A stretch of DNA of 64,000 nucleotides, from contig JBCBZJ010000005.1 in NCBI GenBank assembly GCA_039815375.1, positions 64,001 through 128,000 on the forward strand, read 5' to 3'. Shown piece by piece: positions 28,712-37,117 of the stretch. How positions within the stretch are numbered: the first letter of the stretch is position 1; the number at the start of each line of letters is the position of its first letter. The position numbers and the translations under genes are program-made. Source of the DNA: Verrucomicrobiota bacterium. GTDB taxonomy: Bacteria; Verrucomicrobiota; Verrucomicrobiia; Opitutales; Coraliomargaritaceae. A model generated the notes under the pieces. The model saw only the letters and a list, made by a program, of their open reading frames with translations. It made no database searches and was not told where the DNA came from.

Positions 28712-30247
28712 ATGGATAAGAAGTTCTATATCACCACTGCCATCGATTATGCCAATGGCTCGCCACACCTCGGCCATGCCTATGAAAAAGTGCTGACGGA
28801 TATCGTTGCACGCTTTCGTCGAATGATGGGTGATGAGGTTAAATTTGTCACTGGTCTTGATGAGCATGGGCAGAAAGTTCAAATGTCGGCACAAAAGGCA
28901 GGAGTGCCACCGATTGAGATATGCGACCGTCTTGCAGAGGAGTTTCAGGCTCTCTGCAATCGCCTTGAAATTTCGAACGACGACTACATCCGTACCACAC
29001 AGGAGCGCCACAAGAGAGTGGTTCAGGACATTCTGCAAAAGCTCTACGACAAAGGAGAAATTTATAAAGCCGACTACAATGGTTACTACAGCGTCCGCCA
29101 GGAACAGTTTGTGACAGAGAAAGAGAAGGTCGATGGCGAGTGGCCCGAGATCTACGGTGATGTGGTCGAAGTCACTGAAACGAACTATTTTTTCAAGCTC
29201 GCGCAGTATCAGGATTGGTTACTCGATTTCATTCAGAGTAACGAGGACCTTATCTACCCGCGCTTTCGCAGTGCGGATGTGTTGCAGTTCCTTAAAGAGC
29301 CGCTCAATGATCTTTGCATTTCACGCCCGAAAGAACGTCTGGAATGGGGCATAGAACTTCCGTTCGATACCGGCTTCGTAACTTATGTCTGGTTCGATGC
29401 GCTTACCAACTACATCACCGCGGCCGGCTATGGTGCTGACGACTTTGAGCAACATTGGCCCGTTGACTACCATGTCATCGGTAAAGACATTTTAGTGCCG
29501 CCGCACGCAGTCTATTGGCCGATCATGCTCAAGGCGCTCGATATCCCACTGCCGAAGCATTTTCTAGTCCACGGTTGGTGGCTCAGCTCAGGTGCGAAAA
29601 TGTCTAAAAGCACAGGTGACGTGGTCAATCCGCTTGATCTCATCGATCAGTTCGGAGCCGATGCCTTCCGCTACTTTGTCACCCGCGAGATGAACGTTGG
29701 GCAGGACAGCGAATTTTCACAGGACTTATTCATGAGTCGCTATAACAGCGACCTCGCCAATGACCTAGGTAACCTCGTCAGCCGTTTGCTCAACATGGGC
29801 GGCCGCTATACCGAAAGCAAAGTTCCAGAGGCCAGACTTGAGGAAGCTCCTGAAAAAGAACTCAAGGCGCTTTGGAATACAACTGCTCAGGAGCTCATCC
29901 CGCTATACGAGGGTTTCCAATTCCACAAAGCGCTCGACCGGATCTTTACCTTTATCTCCGGTATCAACAAATATGCCGAGACTCGGGCACCCTGGAAGCT
30001 GGCAAAGTCAGATACACCTGAAGATCAGGAAGCGCTTAAGACCTCTCTGGCTACGATGGCAGAGGCACTGCGTCTTTCGGTTGTACTGCTCACTCCTGTT
30101 ATGCCCGATATTTCCTCAAAGGTGCGCAGCTTGATTGGCGCTGTGGACTTCGATTTAATTGAAGGACAATTGGAGTGGGGTAGTTCGCTCGAAGGTCAGG
30201 CACTCGGTGAAAAGACGATTCTCTTTCCCCGTCCAGAGAAAAGCTAG
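28712..30247 (+). CDS. metG: Methionine--tRNA ligase (short monomeric type)
   Basis: HLGH, GLDEHGQK, YVWFDAL, KMSKS, LANDLGNL. Confidence 0.97.
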   Translation: MDKKFYITTAIDYANGSPHLGHAYEKVLTDIVARFRRMMGDEVKFVTGLDEHGQKVQMSAQKAGVPPIEICDRLAEEFQALCNRLEISNDDYIRTTQERHKRVVQDILQKLYDKGEIYKADYNGYYSVRQEQFVTEKEKVDGEWPEIYGDVVEVTETNYFFKLAQYQDWLLDFIQSNEDLIYPRFRSADVLQFLKEPLNDLCISRPKERLEWGIELPFDTGFVTYVWFDALTNYITAAGYGADDFEQHWPVDYHVIGKDILVPPHAVYWPIMLKALDIPLPKHFLVHGWWLSSGAKMSKSTGDVVNPLDLIDQFGADAFRYFVTREMNVGQDSEFSQDLFMSRYNSDLANDLGNLVSRLLNMGGRYTESKVPEARLEEAPEKELKALWNTTAQELIPLYEGFQFHKALDRIFTFISGINKYAETRAPWKLAKSDTPEDQEALKTSLATMAEALRLSVVLLTPVMPDISSKVRSLIGAVDFDLIEGQLEWGSSLEGQALGEKTILFPRPEKS

Positions 30248-30258
30248 TGCAATTGTAG

Positions 30259-30288
30259 ATGAAGGGGCTGCTTCAAAGGCCTCTTCAT
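30259..30288. terminator. Hairpin between convergent genes
   Basis: ATGAAGGGGCT / GGCCTCTTCAT stem; no strong T-run. Confidence 0.4.
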
Positions 30289-30294
30289 GAACGC

Positions 30295-30549
30295 TTACTT
30301 CTTGTCATTTAAGCGATTGTTGCGGGTCTGTCGCCAGCTTTCGCGATGTTTGCGTATCCAGTCAAGGAGTGCACGCTCGAAGCCTATGTCCTTGCCGAGC
30401 TTCTCAGACTCCAGCCATTTGTGTTTTAAGATTTCTTCGCGTTCCGCGAGGAATTCCTGATAAAGACTGGAGCGTTGTGCAAAATCTTGCTTCGAACTGG
30501 GTGCAGCTACGGATGCGGGCATTTTTTTTTCGTTTTCGTCCTGACTCAT
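30295..30549 (-). CDS. Small DUF4032-like conserved protein
   Basis: SSLYQEFLAEREEILKHKWLESEK.G.DIGFERALLDW pattern, recalled from PVC bacteria. Confidence 0.8.
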   Translation of the reverse strand: MSQDENEKKMPASVAAPSSKQDFAQRSSLYQEFLAEREEILKHKWLESEKLGKDIGFERALLDWIRKHRESWRQTRNNRLNDKK

Positions 30550-30636
30550 GCAGATGTGGTGGCAATTTGTGACAGAATGGTAAAACTACCATTCTGAATC
30601 ACTTAGGCTAGTCCAAAAACACCACTAGGCTATTTT

Positions 30637-31710
30637 TTATGGAAGTTTTGCTAATATCGCCTCAGCCACTTTAAAAAATTCTTTTGCAGCATTGGACTCT
30701 GGGTCACTGATCACAATGGGTATGCCGTTGTCACCGCCTTGGCGGATGTGCGTGTCGAGTGGGATCTGACCTAAAAGACTGGCTTCCAAGCTCTTCGCGG
30801 TCTCCGTGCCGCCGCCTTCGCCAAAAATTGCCTGCTTCAAGCCATCTGGTCCTTCCAAATAGCTCATGTTTTCGACGACACCCAGGATCGGGACGCTGAC
30901 CTTGTCGAACATACGTGCTCCGCGGCGAGCTACATTGAACGCAGCAGGCTGAGGGGTGGTGACAATGACAGCGCCCTCCAGTGGTATCGTCTGCACGAGA
31001 GAAAGTTGAGCATCGCCCGTGCCGGGCGGAAGGTCGACAACAAGAATCTCCAGTTCGCCCCAGTCCACATTTTGCGCGAATTGCTGGATAGTCTTCATAA
31101 TCATCGGACCGCGCCAAACAACGGGGGTGTCTTCGTCGATCAAAAAGCCCATCGACATACTGCGAACACCGAAATTTTCGATCGGCATGATCATCTCTTT
31201 AGCAATCTCGGGCCGTCCGGCCGCACCGAGCATTAAGGGAATGGAAGGCCCGTAAATATCGCAGTCCATAATACCGACTCCCGGCTTTCCGGCTTCTTCA
31301 AGCTTCCGCTGAAGTGCGCATGCTAGATTGACAGTGACAGTGGACTTGCCGACACCACCTTTACCACTGGCTACCGCGATGGCGTATTTCACCTTTTGCA
31401 TCGAGGTTGCTCCGGTCGGCTGTGAGTTTGCCGAACCGGAGGCTGCGGGTGAGGGCTGCTGCTGTGGCTTGGAAATTTCCATTCGCACCTTGACCTCGTG
31501 AACACCCTCCAATGCACCGGCTGTCGCTTTTATGTCGGCGGCGATTTTCTCTGGCACTCTATCATCACCGGTCGTTATCTCAATTCCGATCAATGCGTTG
31601 CCGTCAGCGTCGATTTCGATATCACGGACCAACCCGAAAGAGACGATGTCTCGACTGAATCCGGGATATTTTACTTGCTTAAGGGCGTCTTTGATCTGGT
31701 TGCTGTCCAC
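30637..31710 (-). CDS. mrp: Fe-S cluster carrier ATPase Mrp/ApbC
   Basis: N-terminal DUF59, SGKGGVGKST, DIYGPSIP, WRGPM, DLPPGTGD, GVVENMS. Confidence 0.95.
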   Translation of the reverse strand: MDSNQIKDALKQVKYPGFSRDIVSFGLVRDIEIDADGNALIGIEITTGDDRVPEKIAADIKATAGALEGVHEVKVRMEISKPQQQPSPAASGSANSQPTGATSMQKVKYAIAVASGKGGVGKSTVTVNLACALQRKLEEAGKPGVGIMDCDIYGPSIPLMLGAAGRPEIAKEMIMPIENFGVRSMSMGFLIDEDTPVVWRGPMIMKTIQQFAQNVDWGELEILVVDLPPGTGDAQLSLVQTIPLEGAVIVTTPQPAAFNVARRGARMFDKVSVPILGVVENMSYLEGPDGLKQAIFGEGGGTETAKSLEASLLGQIPLDTHIRQGGDNGIPIVISDPESNAAKEFFKVAEAILAKLP

Positions 31711-31793
31711 GTTCTACAAATGGTTTAAAGCTCACTACACTGAAAGGCTTGTGGTCCGACACAAGCTGTATCGAATGTTTTTCAACAAATGCT

Positions 31794-31846
31794 GAATTAG
31801 TCGGTCCGAATTAGTCGGTTCTCTTGCGATTTGCATTTGCGATTTG
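31794..31846. repeat. Two pairs of tandem direct repeats in the mrp/tolB divergent region
   Basis: GAATTAGTCGGT at 31794 and 31808; TTGCGATTTG at 31824 and 31837. Confidence 0.75.
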
Positions 31847-31873
31847 ATCCACCATTCGGCTATCTCCCAAATC

Positions 31874-33061
31874 ATGCGTTTTCTTTCGTTTTCTGTTCTT
31901 TCGGTTCTCTCCTTTTTTATACTCTCAACAGGCGCTCAGGCTCAGATTTCGATCGGCGAGGCGATTCGGAAAGGGGATAAATTGGCAATTACGATCCAGG
32001 GCTCTGACTCGACCATTCGCACTCTGGCAAGACGGGCTTTCAGTCTGCATGGGGGCGTGATTGTCACAACTCCGGCGAATGCCGCGTTCACCGTCACGAT
32101 CGAACGGGCTGCGGGCGAATCTGCTCTTGTTACAGTTGGCTCTGGTCAACCTTATCGTGAGCAACTGCGCCGGACTATTTCTGGAAGTAGTTTTCAGAAT
32201 GCCGTCTTACGTGCCTGCGATCTAGTGGTCGAGGCAACCCTCAAGGAGAAGGGCTTTTTTGCCGGTAAGCTGGCTTTCGTTGGAAAACAACGAGGCATTT
32301 CCGAAATCTACACTTCAGATCTCCTCTTTAGTCAGGTGCGGCCACTGACACGTGACCGTTCACTCGTTACCGGTCCTTGCTGGTCGCCGGACGGTAGCCG
32401 CTTACTTTACACAACTTATTATAAAACTGGCTTTCCGGATATCTACTCGATCAACCTCGGCACCGGCCGCAAAGAACCGATCGCTACTTTCAAGGGCACC
32501 AACTCCGGTGGTGCTTACAGCCCTGACGGACGTCGTATCGCGATGGCACTTTCCGGCACTGGAAATTCTGAAATCTTCATCGCAGATAACCGTGGGAAAG
32601 ACGTCCGCCGCATCACCAGTAACCGGAGCCTTGAAGCGAGCCCGGACTGGTCGCCGGATGGTCGACGTCTTGTCTACACTTCCGACGCGCCCGGCAAGCC
32701 CCAGCTTTACATCATATCTGTTAATGGTGGTGCCGCGCAGCGCATTCCGACCAATATCAGTAGCTATTGCTCCGAGCCTGTCTGGAATCCGGTTGATGCA
32801 AACAAGATCGCATTCACCGCTTCGATTGGAGGCGGCTTTCAAATCGCGATTTATGATTTCGAGACCCGCACAAGCAAACAAATCACCTCCGGCGCGAGCT
32901 CTGTTGAACCGGTCTGGCTGCGTGATGGCCGCCATCTTGTTTTCACCAAGCGTGAAGGCGGACGTACCCGTCTCATGATCGTCGATTCGGAAACCGGTAA
33001 GGTCTCTGCCCTTCATCAGCCGGGTTTCGGCGACGCTTCGTCTGCTAGCTTCGTCTACTAG
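31874..33061 (+). CDS. tolB: TolB-like periplasmic beta-propeller
   Basis: Signal peptide; repeated WSPDG/YSPDG (PD40) motifs. Confidence 0.88.
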   Translation: MRFLSFSVLSVLSFFILSTGAQAQISIGEAIRKGDKLAITIQGSDSTIRTLARRAFSLHGGVIVTTPANAAFTVTIERAAGESALVTVGSGQPYREQLRRTISGSSFQNAVLRACDLVVEATLKEKGFFAGKLAFVGKQRGISEIYTSDLLFSQVRPLTRDRSLVTGPCWSPDGSRLLYTTYYKTGFPDIYSINLGTGRKEPIATFKGTNSGGAYSPDGRRIAMALSGTGNSEIFIADNRGKDVRRITSNRSLEASPDWSPDGRRLVYTSDAPGKPQLYIISVNGGAAQRIPTNISSYCSEPVWNPVDANKIAFTASIGGGFQIAIYDFETRTSKQITSGASSVEPVWLRDGRHLVFTKREGGRTRLMIVDSETGKVSALHQPGFGDASSASFVY

Positions 33062-33355
33062 ATTGCAGGGCGTCTGCTCTGGCAGTACCATCGGCATGGG
33101 TATTTGAAGATGCCAAGATTTTCGTTCCTGTTCAGAGTCCCTGGAAAACGCTCTGGGTCGAAGGTCCATTGTGCGCTCCAAGTTGGAACTGAGAGCTGCC
33201 AGCAGGCTTGAAACAAACTATAACTTGAATCTAAACACTTTGCTCTCTCATTCAAGCAGACCTAATTTCAGGGGGCAGGTCGTGTTCCTTTCTTTTTTCT
33301 CATACGGTGAAGCATTAGCGACGCCGAGGTCCTTTTCCATGCTTGCTGTTTCGAT

Positions 33356-33610
33356 CTAGTAGTGGTGTCGGAGTTGAGCGATCAATATCTCGTCTTCTTC
33401 AATGCGATAGACGATGCGATGTTCTTCATTTATTCTTCTAGACCAGAATCCTGTTAATGCATTTTTCAGTGGCTCAGGCTTTCCGATTCCTTCATGTAAA
33501 TTCCGGTCGATATCTCTAATCAGCTCATTTACTTTCCTGAGCATTCTTTTATCTGTCTTCTGCCAATAGAGATAATCTTCCCAAGCTCGATCCGAGAATA
33601 CTTTCTTCAT
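33356..33610 (-). CDS. yoeB: Txe/YoeB toxin
   Basis: AWEDYLYWQ, GIGKPEPLK, WSRRINEEHRIVY, RHHY end. Confidence 0.97.
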   Translation of the reverse strand: MKKVFSDRAWEDYLYWQKTDKRMLRKVNELIRDIDRNLHEGIGKPEPLKNALTGFWSRRINEEHRIVYRIEEDEILIAQLRHHY

Positions 33611-33858
33611 TCACCTAATTCTCTTTCCGATCCTTTCCCCGCGTTCAGTTGTTCGATAGATTCGATAAGTCTTTTTGCGTTTTTTGGACTGCGAAGAAGG
33701 TAAGTGGTCTCCTGCATCGATTCAAAATCCTCTAAAGAAATCATGACTACCGCATCAGTTCCTTTTTTTGTGATGATGACCGGATCGTGGTTCTCGCAAA
33801 CGTCTGTAATGGTGGTAGCAAGATTCTCTCTCGCGTGAGAATAGGTGATAGCGTTCAT
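33607..33858 (-). CDS. yefM: YefM/Phd antitoxin
   Basis: ITYSHARENLA...PVIIT...ETTYLLRSPKNAKRL; 4-bp overlap with yoeB. Confidence 0.96.
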   Translation of the reverse strand: MNAITYSHARENLATTITDVCENHDPVIITKKGTDAVVMISLEDFESMQETTYLLRSPKNAKRLIESIEQLNAGKGSERELGE

Positions 33859-33861
33859 GAT

Positions 33862-33894
33862 TGTCCAATATGTTGGACATGTTATAGCTGTCAA
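33862..33894 (-). promoter_or_regulatory. yefM-yoeB promoter with autoregulatory operator
   Basis: Minus strand TTGACA-16 bp-CATATT, overlapped by the inverted repeat TGTCCAA-4-TTGGACA (33862-33879). Confidence 0.75.
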
Positions 33895-33905
33895 ATTTTC
33901 TTTCT

Positions 33906-34014
33906 GCTCAACAGCGGGCCCGATAGCGCAACGAAGCAGCGCTATCGAGGAGAGGATTCACGGAGAGTAGCACTGCAGTGCTACTCGTAGTTGCCATCTC
34001 CCGTTTGGTTTGCA
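33906..34014 (-). repeat. Degenerate attC-like hairpin region
   Basis: AAC box in the last codons of the upstream ORF, GGAGA/TCTCC arms, perfect 22-bp palindrome 33965-33986, second hairpin 33921-33947, GTTGAGC box at 33912-33906. Confidence 0.5.
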
Positions 34015-34511
34015 CCCCATCGGTCGTTTTTCCAACCATTCATTTTAAATTTTTCCACCCTACGTTCATTACTAAAGAGAACATTACCATCCAATCCTTC
34101 TCCTTTCGTGTTGAATTCATCGAAGCTTGATAAAACAACCACCTCGTAAACCGGTTCTAGTGAGAAATCGGCATCTGGATCCGATGATTCTAGGTCCAAA
34201 TAATAATAAACCCCTGAACGAATCCCCCATGTTCCTTTATATAAAGTTTCCTTCCTTACATCATCATAGGTCTCATCCACAACACAGGCATAAGTTCCAT
34301 CATCGTGTCTTACAATCTCCCATCGAATCTCACGATTTTCGGCGGCCCACATTCCAACTGCCTGCAACTCTTCGGGATTCATTGGCTGGGATTTTCGAGC
34401 CCCATAAATTTCGGTAGCTTGATAGGATCTACTAAGCCCATTCTGAGTCCAGGGCACAAAGAAGCCGCAAGTAAGGAGGGCAAAAATAATCAGTATCGGT
34501 ATGCGCTTCAT
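33981..34511 (-). CDS. Hypothetical exported protein (cassette-like gene)
   Basis: ATG 34511 (MKRIPILIIFALLTC signal-like); AT-richer than the flanking core genes. Confidence 0.75.
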   Translation of the reverse strand: MKRIPILIIFALLTCGFFVPWTQNGLSRSYQATEIYGARKSQPMNPEELQAVGMWAAENREIRWEIVRHDDGTYACVVDETYDDVRKETLYKGTWGIRSGVYYYLDLESSDPDADFSLEPVYEVVVLSSFDEFNTKGEGLDGNVLFSNERRVEKFKMNGWKNDRWGANQTGDGNYE

Positions 34512-35134
34512 AGTAGTCGCGAACGTTTTCAGTCTTATGTAGGTATGAGTAAAAAGCATAGTAAATAGCAATTTAAATTAGGTTTGATCGAAATGATTCG
34601 GACTGCTGTCTGCTTCGCTAACCGTCGGGTTTGCATGCGGCGGCCTTCCGGCTGGTTGGCAAGATACCGTAAATTTTGTGCTGCTGCATGCGGCGGAAAC
34701 TATTGTGTATCCGTTATTGTTTTAACGCGGACAAGTCCGATATATTGCTTAGTTTATAAACGGTATTTAAGAGCCTGATTAGATTTAGGCTACAACTCAT
34801 CCTGGGCCCTTTATTTCCCAGGAAGGAGTCGTTTGGGTTGCTGGTGTAATGATGGCGCTTTGATGTGGTGGTATTTTTACCGGATTGATCTTAGATATTA
34901 GAGGTGCAAAGACGGATTTAAAAAATCATGTCGCCTGCATCTGACATATACGAGTGGTTCATAGTAGAGTATACAAGATTGGGCCTAAAGGAGTGCTGTT
35001 TCGATTGGGTAGCCTTGAACTGATGTTTTTGAGATAATATGCGCAGAAAGCATTTGAGGGCCCTTGAATTTGTAGTTTTCCGGTTGAGTGCTTGATTTCG
35101 AATCTTTTGCGGGGTTTGTTTTCAAATTCATCTC

Positions 35135-36175
35135 ATGAAATTCTCGAATGTTGCCATTGAATCGATCGCTTATGCCTTGCCGGAGGAGGTATGGACGTCT
35201 GCCGATCTCGAGGCAAAGCTGTCCGAGGTCTACCAGCGGCTTGGTTTACCAGAGGGCCGCTTGGAGTTAATGACGGGCATTCGTGAGCGACGTTTCTGGC
35301 CCAGGGGCACAAATCCTTCTGCCGCTTCAGCAAAGGCGGGGGAGGCGGTGTTTGCCAAGTCGTCGATTGATCGTAGCAAGATTGATTTGTTGATTCACTC
35401 GGCGGTTTGCCGCGACCGTCTGGAGCCGGCCACGGCAGCCTACGTGCATGGTTTGCTTAAGTTACCGGGGCAGACGCAGATTTTTGATGTCTCAAATGCC
35501 TGCCTCGGTTTTCTCAATGCGATGGTGATTGCCGGCAGTATGATCGAGAGTGGGCAGATCGAATACGCCCTGATTTGTTCGGGTGAAGACGGTCGGCCTC
35601 TGGTTGAGAATACGATCAGGCAGCTTAAAAATCCGGAGCTGACCCGGAAAACGATCAAGCCTTACTTTGCAAACCTGACCATTGGGGCAGGTGCGGTGGC
35701 TGCGGTCATTTGCCGGAAGGATCTCGCTCCTGTATCCCGCATTCAACTACGGGCTGCTGCAGTCGAAACGGACAGCTCCGCGAACGAGCTCTGTCAGGGA
35801 GACAGTGCCGGGGATGCACTGGAGATGTTGACTGATTCGGAGGAGCTGCTTGTGGCTGGAATCAATGTGGCCAAGCGAAACTGGGCACGTTTCACCGAAG
35901 TGGCAGGTTGGACGCCGGACTCTCCGGAACGCGTCTTCACGCACCAGGTGGGCAAGGCGCACACACGCGAACTCTTCAATGCGCTCGATCTGGATTTGAA
36001 AAAAGACTACACGACTTTTGAAACGCTGGGTAATGTCGGCTCGGTATCTTGCCCAATAACTCTGGCCTATGCAATCGAGGCTGGTGCCTACTCTCCGGGG
36101 GAGAAGGCAGCATTGCTCGGTATCGGCAGCGGTCTGAGCAGTATTATGATGGCCCTCGAGTGGCCCGAATCATGA
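35135..36175 (+). CDS. oleA: OleA head-to-head condensing thiolase (KAS III-like)
   Basis: TGIRERRFW, RDRLEPATA (OleA-type Glu), FDVSNACLGF (Cys), THQVG (His), LGNVGS (Asn). Coupled to an HLD-type hydrolase. Confidence 0.88.
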   Translation: MKFSNVAIESIAYALPEEVWTSADLEAKLSEVYQRLGLPEGRLELMTGIRERRFWPRGTNPSAASAKAGEAVFAKSSIDRSKIDLLIHSAVCRDRLEPATAAYVHGLLKLPGQTQIFDVSNACLGFLNAMVIAGSMIESGQIEYALICSGEDGRPLVENTIRQLKNPELTRKTIKPYFANLTIGAGAVAAVICRKDLAPVSRIQLRAAAVETDSSANELCQGDSAGDALEMLTDSEELLVAGINVAKRNWARFTEVAGWTPDSPERVFTHQVGKAHTRELFNALDLDLKKDYTTFETLGNVGSVSCPITLAYAIEAGAYSPGEKAALLGIGSGLSSIMMALEWPES

Positions 36176-37062
36176 AGCATTTAAGAGCCAGTGATTTGCC
36201 GCCTGATGTGCGGCTTGAGTATCCCTATGCTGGGAATCTTTTTGAGCAACCTGATGGGGTGATGATGCACTACCTCGACGAGGGTAGCGGACCGGTAGTG
36301 CTCATGCTCCATGGCAATCCGACCTGGTCTTTCTATTTTCGTAACCTTGTTGATGAATTGGTTGAGGCGGGTTTTCGTTGTATTGTGCCCGATCACGTGG
36401 GCTGTGGGCTATCCGACAAACCTCAGGAATATGATTACACGTTGGAGCGACGGATCGCCGATGTGCAAGGTCTGATGGAGCATCTCGGAATCTCCAGCTT
36501 CAGTCTAGTGGTCCACGATTGGGGCGGAGCGATCGGTTGCGGCCTAGCCACGCGTCGACCGGAAGCCCTTAAGAAGCTGGTTCTCCTCAACACTGCGGCC
36601 TTTGTATCAAAGCGAATCCCTTTGCGGATCTGGTTAGTGAAGCTGCCGATTATTGGGCAGGCCATCATCCGGGGTATCAACGGGTTTGCCGGACCGGCAG
36701 CGATCATGTCTGTCGAGAAGCCCCTGTCCCCTTCGGTGAAGCGTGGTTTTCTCTACCCTTACCGGCGATGGTCGGAACGCGTAGCAGTTTGGAATTTTGT
36801 AAAGGACATCCCTATGGACGAATCCCATCCTTCTTTCGCTCAACTTGCTGCGATTGAAGCGGGTCTGGGGTTACTTAAAAAAAAGCCGGTCCAAATGGTT
36901 TGGGGTGGAAAAGATTTTTGTTTCAATATGCATTTTCTAGATCGCTGGCGTGAGATCTTCCCCGAGGCGGAATGTTGCCTGCATGAAGATGCGGGACACT
37001 ACATTCTGGAAGACGGCGGCGTAGAGGCTATCGAGCAAATCACAGCGTTCCTGTCTCAATAG
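36172..37062 (+). CDS. oleB: OleB beta-lactone decarboxylase (haloalkane dehalogenase-like alpha/beta hydrolase)
   Basis: HGNPTWSFYFRNL, PDHVGCGLSDKP, VHDWGG, AGHYILED. ATGA overlap with the oleA stop. Confidence 0.85.
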   Translation: MKHLRASDLPPDVRLEYPYAGNLFEQPDGVMMHYLDEGSGPVVLMLHGNPTWSFYFRNLVDELVEAGFRCIVPDHVGCGLSDKPQEYDYTLERRIADVQGLMEHLGISSFSLVVHDWGGAIGCGLATRRPEALKKLVLLNTAAFVSKRIPLRIWLVKLPIIGQAIIRGINGFAGPAAIMSVEKPLSPSVKRGFLYPYRRWSERVAVWNFVKDIPMDESHPSFAQLAAIEAGLGLLKKKPVQMVWGGKDFCFNMHFLDRWREIFPEAECCLHEDAGHYILEDGGVEAIEQITAFLSQ

Positions 37063-37117
37063 TATACGTTATTTTACTCGTAAGGAACGGTGTAAATTAC
37101 GTAGTATGTCTTAGAAA

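Noticed and set aside
32352..33181. 208-aa and 259-aa ORFs overlapping tolB
   Set aside because: Alternate-frame and antisense shadows.
36172..37062. Haloalkane dehalogenase
   Set aside because: Coupling to oleA favours OleB, which shares this fold.
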